A stretch of DNA of 57,704 nucleotides, counting the filler, from Basidiobolus ranarum (lineage: Eukaryota), in assembly GCA_040143965.1 (NCBI GenBank). It is 4 parts of 4 records of this genome, joined end to end, with 100 filler letters (N's around TTAATTAATTAA, not from the genome) between each part and the next. Parts side by side here need not be neighbours in the genome. Positions count along the whole stretch, not along the records: positions 14,478 to 28,840 come from JASJQH010000428.1; positions 28,941 to 43,283 come from JASJQH010000429.1; 2 more parts are not named here. One strand, 5' to 3'. The notes under the pieces were generated by a model. It was not told where the DNA came from. It searched no databases and worked only from the letters and a program-made list of their open reading frames with translations. Below, piece after piece: positions 23,434-33,615 of this stretch. The translations under genes and the position numbers were made by a program. The number at the start of each line of letters is the position of its first letter. Within the stretch, counting starts at the first letter, position 1.

Positions 23434-24795
23434 TTAGGATTGATTTTCATTCTTCAAATTATGCTTCCACATGATATTCAATTCCGCTCTAGCTTGTTGG
23501 ACTTTCTCAACCCAATCTTCCCAGAGTGTTTCGTTATCTGCTACGAGATTTCCACCTACCTCTAGCAGCTTTAATGATGGAGCAAACCCGTTGATCAGAG
23601 CCTCACATGTTAAAATGAAACTTTCGGTAGAAATGTTGTTACATCCAAGGTCCAAAGTAATTAAATTTTCCAAAGGAGTTGAAATTTCGGTATTAGGTAA
23701 TCCATTGGCGAAGTCTACTTTGTTATTGAATAGTCCAAGATATTCAAGTCTTTCACAACTTAATAATGCCTCGAATCCCTTGGTGGTAATTTCGTTCTCA
23801 CCAAGCTCGAGTTTCCGGATGGTTGACTTCGACTCGGAAATAGCTTGACTGATGTATTGAGCCCCTTCATCTTGGATTTTATTACTACGAAGACGAATTT
23901 CATTAAACTGGGAGTGCTTGATAATTGTAGAGAGATGTTTTGCCCCCTCTTGACTGACTCTACAACCATCCATCCAAAGGCTACGAATCTGAAGTGTAGA
24001 GGACTCGCCAAGTGATTCCGCTAGTGTAGCAAGCATAGCATCTCCTGGTGAGCTTCCAATAGTTTGGAAATCTTCAGATTCTTGTTCGATGAAAGCAATC
24101 TTTAATACAGTTAAATGCTGGTTTCTACTCAATGCTCTGGCTATTTCCGAACCACCTTGAGAACCCAAAGGATTTTCTGAAAGTACAAGCTCTTTTAACT
24201 GGACTTTGTCCTCCACTAAAAGTTTACCCAAAGAGACTGAACCCTTATAGGAGATCTCATTTCCAGATAAATCTAACTTCTCCAAAGTAACCTCTTGATT
24301 ATTTAACATCTCGCAGAATGCTTCCATGGCAGCGTCGTTGATCCGATTTCTTGACAGATTCAACTCAACGAGGTGCTTATTACTGGCCAATACTTGACCC
24401 AATAATTGGGCTCCCTTGAGTCCGATAGCTTTATTCTCAAGATCGAGTTGTTTCAAACCTTCGCATCTTTTTAAACCTTCACAAAGAATCTCAAAGCTGC
24501 GAACATTTTCGTCTTCACCGAAACTGTTGTGGCCAATGTTGAGTCGCTCAAGGGTTTTATTCACGGTTAATGTTTCGGAAAGTACCTTCAAAGTATCCTG
24601 CTCCATTGCGTGTCCCGAGAGATAGAGTTCTGATAAAACATGGTTCTTACTAAGAGCAGCAAATATACGTTGGAAGTCTGGTTGACTAATTCGTCGAAAG
24701 CTAAGAATGTGCAGTGACTTTAAAGTAGGTTCATTGTTTTCTAACTTCTTGACCCAATCGTCAACAGGATTTGGTCCAGGATTCCCCCAAGCCAT
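23434..24795 (-). CDS. RNI-like leucine-rich repeat protein, intronless
   Basis: Repeated approximately 28-residue LxxLxLxxNxI units (LERLNIGHNSF, LVELNLSRNRI, LEKLDLSGNEI, LKELVLSENPL, IRKLELGENEI). Confidence 0.88.
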   Translation of the reverse strand: MAWGNPGPNPVDDWVKKLENNEPTLKSLHILSFRRISQPDFQRIFAALSKNHVLSELYLSGHAMEQDTLKVLSETLTVNKTLERLNIGHNSFGEDENVRSFEILCEGLKRCEGLKQLDLENKAIGLKGAQLLGQVLASNKHLVELNLSRNRINDAAMEAFCEMLNNQEVTLEKLDLSGNEISYKGSVSLGKLLVEDKVQLKELVLSENPLGSQGGSEIARALSRNQHLTVLKIAFIEQESEDFQTIGSSPGDAMLATLAESLGESSTLQIRSLWMDGCRVSQEGAKHLSTIIKHSQFNEIRLRSNKIQDEGAQYISQAISESKSTIRKLELGENEITTKGFEALLSCERLEYLGLFNNKVDFANGLPNTEISTPLENLITLDLGCNNISTESFILTCEALINGFAPSLKLLEVGGNLVADNETLWEDWVEKVQQARAELNIMWKHNLKNENQS

Positions 24796-25022
24796 AGTTA
24801 AATAGCTATTGATGGTTAATGATAAAGATAGACCAACGTCAAATAACAGTGATACTAAGGGGTGAAGGATGGTAATTTTTATTTTTTTTTATTTGATAAA
24901 ATTCTAAAATTGATGAATTCCATTGATTTCAATATTTAACTTTTTTATTTATACTCATTTATATTGAGAAAAAATCTATTATGTGGTCGACACTGACAAA
25001 GCAACGGATAAAATACATGGGA

Positions 25023-26028
25023 TTAACTTCCCCACCAAGAAATCAAACCAAGTCCATCTTCTTGTATGGAGCACTAAATGGATGGAGATATTAGATATTC
25101 AGAGTCATAATCAGTCTAAACTAATCATACAAGTGGGTAACGAACTTACCAAGAGTGAGTAAGGTGGTTCTAAGAGTTTGGGCTCTACTGGGTTACTGCT
25201 GTTATGCTTGTTTTTAGCATCTGGAATGGGTGTGGCGTCTACAAACATTTCGTCAATAACGCGTAGTCTAATCGTCTCATCCACATCCATGAAAAGCTCG
25301 TTTCCGTCAAAACGCCATACCCAGACTTGCTCGTTTTGATCACTATCAATAGATAGGTTAGCTTTTCTATCCACATAACCAACAAAAATATGGACATACG
25401 AGTACTTACAATTCCGTACTTTCTTGTAATAAGGCTGAGGGAATCAAAATATCATCAAAGAAGCCAAGCGATACTAAATATTCGCAACTGTATGAGAAAT
25501 CATCCTGCTACATATATCGTTGATACAACGTGCTACTGACCACTAACACCTTCAGCACTACAGCTACGAATTTTTCCGGTTATCACCTCACCAAGGAAAG
25601 GTCTGAAAACAACCAACCGGAATTTCACTAACATATACAGATTTGGGTAAGAAACCTGCTTTACAGGAAAGTATATTACGCGACCAATCTACACGGATGC
25701 ACATGGTGAGCAAAAGGTATACCTTTAATATAGCTACAACCATCACTATGATGGATAAAACCTTCACTAGCTTCGAGAATGTCGTGTAAAGATATACATA
25801 AACCAACACCATGAACGACCTTTTGTTTAACATACAAAAGAAAGTGCCAAAATAGCATGGACAATGTTTTAAGTTAATAAATGGTTTACTTCATAACAAT
25901 ATCACTTGAAAACAAACCTTGTTGGCGTATTTCTTGTTGATTTCGTCAGCTAAGGCATCATTTTTGCTTTTACGAAAATTTTGAGGAACAGTCTTAACCG
26001 TATCTTTAAATACGGATAATATAAACAT
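25023..26028 (-). CDS. RPC25: RNA polymerase III subunit Rpc25/RPC8 (multi-exon)
   Basis: MFILSVFKDTVK..EINKKYANK|VVHGVGLCISLHDILEASEGFIHHSDG, FRLVVFRPF.GEVITGKI, SLGFFDDILIP, EQVWVW and C-terminal EDGLGLISWWGS*. Confidence 0.94.
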
Positions 26029-27309
26029 ATCTCGAAGTAAAGGCGAAAGCGAGGTCGTTGAATATTCTATGAATTCATCTCGTACTTGCAAAATAGGATA
26101 AAAAAAAATTCCGTTTTTTCCACACTTGCTAATATAAAGAGGGATCAAATTCATTGATTGGATGGTATTTTTCCAGTTTATCAATACCCTACAAGTAGAG
26201 TGAATTTTCTTCGACTAAATTTAGTGATAACTTACCTGAGTTATATACAAGTTTCTACAAATTGTAGAGAATGTCGTTTCAAGGAGAAGCAATCCCTTTC
26301 TTATATCTATCTAAGAGTACCACATAGTATGTAGGAGTATTCGGCTATTTTCAATTCGTTTCCTAAAAGCCTGTCAACGAAAGGCATCGAATGCTTAGGA
26401 TATTTTACTCTCTATTGAAAGTCTAAGGTGGTCATCATCCTCATGACCCTTGGTTGTCTTGGCATAGATAGGTAGAGCTTGGAAGTACTCCTATGAAATC
26501 CATGTGGAGTTTATTCTGGAAAAGAACAATGTTATCTACTTTATATTTAGCTTATCATCTTTGATTAAATGCATGCATTTACAGATGTTCCAGGCTACTC
26601 CTTATAGATTAAATCCTAGCAGTTAGAATTATAGTTTATCCGTGTTACCTGAAATTTGCTGATGCTATGTTTGGACCATGAGTTTCTTATTCTGGCAAGT
26701 GAGAAACACAATTATGCAGGTTGACTCATTTGAAAAAGTAACAAGAGATAGGTTTCTTGTGGTGTTATCGTTCACACTAGGACCATTTTCACTAACATAG
26801 TTAGGTTATGGAGTCATTAGTAAATGATGGATCTATTAGATAAGATATACCAGAGGTCCAACTAAAGTGGATGCAGAAATGTAACAATATAGACAAGAGA
26901 CTGATTAAGATGATCAAAAAAAGCCTACTGTCGTATGATTGCTCAAATATTTGGCTCTAGTATTCTCTATATTAGTATCATCCACCCTGCGATGTACGTC
27001 GTATCAATCACGAGTAGTAATGGCAAATATCGCTTGATGTTTATGTTCATGTTGTAACTCGAATCTCTATCTCAACCTATTCCAATCATAGCGTTGAATA
27101 CTTCTCAGTTTCATCTGGATTTCTTGATATGAAGACCTTGAGCTTATAATTGAAACTAGGAATTTATTAGAGAATAGGGAATAAAAACGAACTGGGGAAT
27201 GGGACTCATACTGGAGAGAATGGGTCACTTCTAATTCTAAAGAGAGGGTCGAAGAAAACTAATCGACATAAAATAAATTGGTATAATAAAATTGATGATA
27301 TGCATTAAA

Positions 27310-28840
27310 TTAAGACATCTTCTTTGAAAACAGATCTCTAATTTCTTCAAGGCTCTTGCCCTTCGTTTCGGGTAGTAAGAAATAAACGAATACCCAACCG
27401 AGGCAAGCAATACCCGCATACAACCAAAAGGTTGCTGCCTGAGAGATAGCCTCAGTGAGTGAGAGGAACGTCATCGAAATAATCAAGTTGAATATCCAAT
27501 TGGCCGCGGTAGCAATACCTGAAGCTTGTCCACGAATGGATAATGGGAAGATTTCACTTTGTACAACCCATGGAATGTTACCTAATCCAAGGGCATAAAA
27601 CGCTACAAAAAGTATCAAACTAGCCAAGGCCAACCAACTAGACCAGGGTCTGGAGCCATCACATACATTGCTAGCTAAACCTGGGAAGCTCGACAAATCA
27701 ACACAAGTGTTCTGATAAATTCCACAACGGCTATCAGAAGTGCAAACTGCACATGCACTTCCATACTCGGCGCATGTATCAAAATGGGATGGGATTCCCA
27801 ACAAGAAATAAAAGGCAACACCAAGCAAGATCAAGAATGCGGCCATACCTGTAATGGTATTCAATAGGATTTTTCTTCTACCAATCTTGTCAATGAAATA
27901 CATAGCAACACCTAATTGAAATGAAGTAAGAGCCAACTCTACCAATGTTCAACTTTAAACTGTTCAAACCTGTCATGGCAACATTGGAAGCGGAAACAAA
28001 AATGGAGAACCAGATAGCACTTCCATCACTAGTGAAACCGGCCATCTTAAGAATGGTCGCTGAATAGTACATAGCAGTATTGATTCCGGACAATTGTTGG
28101 AAAACTTGGAGTCCAACAGCGATGATCAATGGGCGGATATTCTCTCTGCTGAACACCTCAGTAAGTCTAGCGGTGTCGGATAATGTGCTGCGTATAGTGG
28201 CAATTTCATGTTCGATGATACGCACAGGAACATTTTCACCCAGAATTCTTTGCAATACTTTTTTAGCTTGGTCCAGTTTCCCTTTGCGAATTAAATGGCG
28301 AGGGCTTTCGGGAAGAATCAACATACCTAAATTTTTGCATTAGTAAAGGCTACTGGTGAATAGGTGCTATTAAGGCGTCAGTAATTACCAAAAAACTGAA
28401 TGAAGGATGGAATTCCGGCACAACCGATAGTGTATCTCCAACTATCTGTAACATCGTGTGCAGCGTAACTGATGATATTAGCAAACAATTGGCCACCAGT
28501 GATCAACAAAACATTAGCTGCAATTAAAGTACCGCGGATACGTCTGTAGAAAATGGGTCAGTTTGATTCAATTACTCTCGTTACATTACAATTACTAACC
28601 TGGGTGCTATCTCTCCGATGTATACAGGAACTACCATACTAGCTAGACCAACTGCAAAGCCCACCAGTACTCTCCCCGTCAAAAGAACAGCATAACTGTG
28701 CGAAAAGGCCATAATGATAGCACTGACGGTAAAGGTCACAGAAGAGAAGAGAATAACCGGTTTACGACCAAACATGTCACTGCATTGCCCAGCAAACAAA
28801 CCACCGATAATGGCACCTAGAGTGAGACCTAAAATAAAGT
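27310..28840 (-). CDS. MFS sugar porter, myo-inositol/H+ symporter (ITR/HMIT-like); 5' truncated
   Basis: SDMFGRK, VPVYIGEIAP|RRIRG, LPESPR, FQQLSGINTAMYY, IDKIGRR, IPWVVQSEIFPLSIRG and LPETKGKSLEEI; introns explain the ORF breaks. Confidence 0.9.
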
Positions 28841-28940
28841 NNNNNNNNNNNNNNNNNNNNNNNNNNNNNNNNNNNNNNNNNNNNTTAATTAATTAANNNN
28901 NNNNNNNNNNNNNNNNNNNNNNNNNNNNNNNNNNNNNNNN
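28841..28940. other. Artificial contig spacer N44-TTAATTAATTAA-N44
   Basis: Same 100-bp structure as the other spacers. Confidence 0.99.
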
Positions 28941-29010
28941 CTGAAAACCACCAATTTCTCTAATTCTCCAAACCACTTGCCACAGGCTCCCAAATACTTT
29001 AACACTTTTA
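28941..29010. repeat. Fragment of the dispersed repeat family at the start of contig 3
   Basis: The reverse complement (GTTAAAGTATTTGGGAGCCTGT..AATTGGTGGTTTTCA) aligns with 14048-14110. Confidence 0.8.
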
Positions 29011-30299
29011 GCATGGTTTTGTGGAATCCAACCTTGTTTTCGCGAATTGAGTCTATCGCGCATTCACATGACAGCAACCAAGAATATATATAAGTATCAA
29101 GCACATAGGCTAAGTTGCCGGTCATGTGGTAGTGTAATGTAATTTTATTTCATCTATTTGAGCATTGCAAAATCAATAACCATATGATGTCAAAAATCTG
29201 ATAATAATAGAGTGGAATGACACTAGTTATGACTAATTTTTATGATCAAAATGAGATGTTATTGTAAATTTGGCAGTTTAGGAACCCAAGCACCAACTTT
29301 TCGTTACTAAATTGGGGATTAAGAACCATACATACATGTTGGCAATGCTCTCGTCAAAGACACATCCGTACTCAGTTTCGACCACTTTCCTTTTTGTACT
29401 GTAGATAAAGACGCAAAGCATGTGGTATCTAAAACTGCATACTTGCTAGCTACCAACATTCCAAAAGTTGGCATCCTGGGTTGTCCAGAAGAATCGCTAT
29501 TTGATTAATTTCTCACGTACGGATACCAAGAATACCAAGCGTCCTCCCAAAGGCATGATGAAATTTTCCGAGCATAAATCCACAATCCATGAATTATATT
29601 GACCATCAATTTAGAGTATCCTTCAAATGAATATGTACAAGTTTAGCAGCAAAATGGCATACCTATAGCTCTTAGCTCTTTAAAAAAGTAGTTCTTGTTG
29701 ACTAGGGCTGATATACAACATACAAACAACTTACTAGCATTTATTTGGCTTAATTCAACACACACACCGTAGCTTGGAATGACCGTTGACTGTGCTGTTA
29801 TATGGATCAAGCTCACTCGATAAACAAACTATGCACTGTCGAAGTGATTTCCAGGTAGCTCAAGGGCTCTACACAAGTTATTAAGGCTGGCTACCGGCAA
29901 ACTTTCTGCTTGGGCTCGGTTTCTTCATTGTCTTTACTTTACTTTAACCAGCAATGCGAAACCGATGCGATTCGTATTTGGTGATACTTGACAGTTACTT
30001 GTCAAAGATTGCTTATATGCTCATATCAGATATGACCTTGAATATTGATACCATATTCCCTATCGCCAATTCTTCGCTTATCAATTTCTGCCACATTTCA
30101 ATGATAAAATAAGGATGGCTAGCTTACATATTTAAATATAATGGGATTCCAATCCCACGCTGTCCCAGCTTAACAAGATTTGATAATACGACTTTCATTG
30201 GCACCTCGTTCGAATTGTCGAAGATCTATTGATAATCGTGCTTGCCGGTCAGTACCCCGTCAAATAACTCGACTCGATTTCTATCTGACTACGGTAGCC

Positions 30300-30850
30300 C
30301 TCAAACGCAGGGATTTGCACTATAAATCATCTGTAAATTAGCCGAGAATCTATACCGCCAATATCCCAATATCCACTCCCCTCAATATGGCTTACTTTAT
30401 CATTCTCCCGAAGCTAACCTGTTACGTTCCCGCCTAGTCCAAAGCGGATGATTTATTCACGCTTGAAGATGAGTTGATTGTTAACTCTATGGGGTTATGG
30501 TTACCTCTTATCTGCGTGTATCTTTTCAAATAGAAGCCGAATTGTCTGATACATATCGTAGATTAACGTCAATATCTTGCATAGTCATTTGGTTACATTT
30601 TTGCTAATCCCGCTTCTACGATAGGTAACAAATGATCTAGTAAGGATATGTGCAACTCTTAGATTATAATGGTGGCTTATGCATATATTATCACGACAAT
30701 TTGGATATTTTTCATGATACACACGTGAGGCCTTTGGGCCAATGGGTGCGGTTGCCTTGGAGTCATTCGTCACTGATTGGCTGTTTTCAGGAGCTAAGTG
30801 GGGCAAGCTTGATTTGTTGGCGAGAAAAGCTTCGAGATGATAGCCATCCT
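30300..30850 (+). pseudogene. Possible highly decayed membrane transporter gene (MATE-like C-terminus)
   Basis: Frame-broken hydrophobic fragments (LFTLEDELI..LPLICV, FQIEAELS, IIMVAYAYIITTIWIFFMIH, LGQWV..SLIGCFQ) and a residual GTAACA..CTTAG intron. The family resemblance is from memory and weak. Confidence 0.25.
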
Positions 30851-31059
30851 ATCGAAATATATTGCTTCGAATAAGGGGAAAAAACTAAACTAAAAAGCAG
30901 AATAGAAATATGAGAAAGTTTCATTCCCGAGTGTTCCCCAGAATTTGTTGAGATGAAGCTCTTAAATAGAGGAAGGATGTCCATCTTGAACTCGGTCACT
31001 AGCTCACATTTTGTTATTCTTCTGAGACTTTCCTCTTGTTCGCTACTTCTACCAACAAA

Positions 31060-32284
31060 ATGACTAACACTTCATCTCCCCTTGAGGCTCTTCCTACTAA
31101 CATCAAGCGTCGTCTCTTTGGCTTGAAACAATTACAGGTATACCTTCTGTATGTTTAACTCTCTTTGAACTCGTATTAACGAACCCTCTTTAGGCCAAAC
31201 ATGCTGAGCTTGAGCTTGAATTCCACACTGAGATTCTGAACTTGGAAAAGAAGTATCTTAACCTTTACTCTCCTCTGTACACTAAGAGAACCCAAATCAT
31301 CAACGGTAAGGCTGAGCCTTCAGAGGAGGAGGTTGAAGCTGGTAAGAAGGCTGACGAAGATTTGGCTCAAGAACTTGCCAAGAAACAAGAAGAAGATCCT
31401 GAGGTCCAGCCTTCTGGTTTGTTAAATTTTTCGGGATAGAGTTTTTCTTTCGTGGCATGCTAAGTAACTTTTCTTTAGGTGTCCCCGAATTTTGGTTGAC
31501 TGTCCTAAAGAACCACATTCAACTAGCCGATCTTATCACTACTAGAGATGAGGCTCCGCTAAAACACCTTGTTGATGTTCGTCTAGTCTATTCAGATGAT
31601 AAGCTTGTTAGTAACATAATTCATAATCTCTATGTGCTTTGGTTGAACCGTGATTAACTGTTCACATTAATAGGGCTTCCAAATTGAATTTGAATTTGAA
31701 GAGAATGAGTGGTTCACCAACCAAGTGTTAACCAAGACATACTACTATCAGCCCTCTGCCGAAGTAGGAGATCTTATCAGCGAACGCAGTGAAGGGTAAC
31801 ATACATAACAACCCATTTCGTGGGAAGCATGTGAACTAACATATTCATCAATAGTACTGAGGTCTCATGGAAGGAAGGAAAAGATCTCTCCGTAACCGTT
31901 GAAACTAAGAAACAAAGACACAAGGCCACCAACAAAACCCGCGTTGTCAAGAGAACGGTTCCTACTGAGACATTCTTCAACTTCTTCGCTCCTATCGCCG
32001 AAGAGGAGAATTCTAGTGCTGATGAGGATGAAGTAGACTTCAGTGACAGATTGGAAGCTGATTTTGAAATTGGTGAAGCTCTTAAGCAAAAGATCATCCC
32101 CCACGCTATTGACTGGTATACTGGTAAGGCTTTGCAATATGAAGGCTTTGATCTCGATGATTATGAAGATTTTGAAGATATCACTGATGAAGATGAGGAA
32201 GCTGAAGAAGTTGACGACTCTGAAGAAGAATACGGTACCTCTGCTCCCACAAACCAACCTGCTCCTGAGTGTAAACAACAGTAA
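31060..32284 (+). CDS. NAP1: Nucleosome assembly protein Nap1 (multi-exon)
   Basis: LEKKYLNLYSPLYTKRTQIING, GVPEFWLTVLKNH, NEWFTNQVLTKTY, KKQRHKATNKTRVVKRTVPTETFFNFF, IIPHAIDWYTG, acidic tail and C-terminal CKQQ. Confidence 0.96.
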
Positions 32285-32775
32285 CTCTAAGCAGTTCCAT
32301 TATGTTCTTTTGAGTTATTTTTAATCTCGTATCAGCAGTCTTTACTATATTGCATTTCATATCATGTAATTTCAATTAAATTCTATATATAAATCTCAAG
32401 CACCTACAACATGCATGAACTTTACCAATACCTGCTATGTAACCGTCAACTTAACTCAAGATCCACAATATGTGACTTGTTTAGGTATTCTCTCAATTGA
32501 GGAAGAATACAAGTATTGACCGGTTTTGTACGAGAGATCTCAATAAGATACTATTTAATAGGCCTACATATATCGCCTTGTGTGCTAGTGCTCTGCACGT
32601 ACGAATGGTGGGTAATAACTTAAATAACAATCGTAAAGCTGGCTGTCAGAGTTGATTTGGTTGTTTAATGAATAATAATACAACGTAACGAAAAATTTCT
32701 GTTGAGATGTTACAGATTGAAAGAAACAAGCTACCAGTTAAGGGTCTTGCTAGAGTTGATATGTTTGACAATTAG

Positions 32776-32949
32776 TCAAACGGCAAGAAGATCACCAAAG
32801 TTGCGAAGAAGAACGACACTGGCACCAAAGATAGTTACTCCAAATGCAACGTTGAGGTTACCAGCGCGTTTGTCAGCAGCAAGTATTTCGTTCTTGATGA
32901 ACTTGGTAACAATATTTCCAGAATCTTTGGGTTGAATTTTCTTGGCCAT
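32776..32949 (-). CDS. TOM6: Small TOM complex subunit (Tom6-like), 57 aa
   Basis: Manual translation MAKKIQPKDSGNIVTKFIKNEILAADKRAGNLNVAFGVTIFGASVVLLRNFGDLLAV*: a tail-anchored helix ending LRNFGDLL, as recalled for small Tom subunits. Below the ORF-track length cutoff. Confidence 0.7.
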   Translation of the reverse strand: MAKKIQPKDSGNIVTKFIKNEILAADKRAGNLNVAFGVTIFGASVVLLRNFGDLLAV

Positions 32950-33615
32950 GATGTGCGATCGTTAGAGAATGAAGCAAAGTTTTCGTCAAATATTAGGTAA
33001 TTATTTGACCATTCATATCATGTGATCGAACCAATAAATGTAAAAGTCCAAATAGCTTGCACATCCATTTTGGGACTCGTCACAATCACACAAGGTCTCT
33101 TTTAACATTGGCATTTGATTTGAATATTGCGCCTATCTCTGGGTGATGATCATGAAGTTGAGATTGCTTGTCACTTACTCCTTGGTCGGCGTTATTAAGT
33201 AGATAATGATCGAAATATACCAATGAAATAAGTGAATTCTGATTATACGGAATATTATCCAAGTGGGCTCATCTGTTTTCATTTGGGGTATCATGCTTTG
33301 GAAATGCTTCTTGCAGCAAAGATCAATTTAATTTGCTTGGCACTATATCATTATTGTTAGTAATTGATTTATGAAAACAGCAGTAATAATCAAACTTAGT
33401 GCGACTGACTATAAAATATAGCTTATGTCGTGAAGGGATTTCATTGGTTTCAACCCAAACACGCTTGATAGAATTCCAAGTGCCTTTTACTTATCAAATA
33501 AACTTACCGTCCAGTGTAAGTATTCATACTCCCCTTAGTGTATTCCCTATTGTTCATCTTTCTAGTAGAAAATCAACAGTTTCCAAATTTTCGAGTACAT
33601 AACAGTATTTACGAT

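Noticed and set aside
26100-27150. Coding-like intergenic stretches (also 22600-23330 and 40500-40760)
   Set aside because: Stops in the frames I read and no recognisable motif; they may be gene relics but cannot be supported by eye.
27890-28000. Apparent frameshifts in the inositol transporter and in GPI1 (10545-10620)
   Set aside because: Both are resolved by ordinary short GT-AG introns that restore the conserved frame.
14478-28840. IP3 receptor plus inositol transporter on one contig as an inositol signalling cluster
   Set aside because: They are about 8 kb apart with four unrelated genes between them; nothing supports co-regulation without synteny data.
28714-29125. ORFs running through N runs (also 43328-43576)
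   Set aside because: Artefacts of translating across spacers.
29615-29622. GTATCCTT, resembling a U12 intron donor
   Set aside because: Not within a recognisable gene and no matching U12 branch site was identified.
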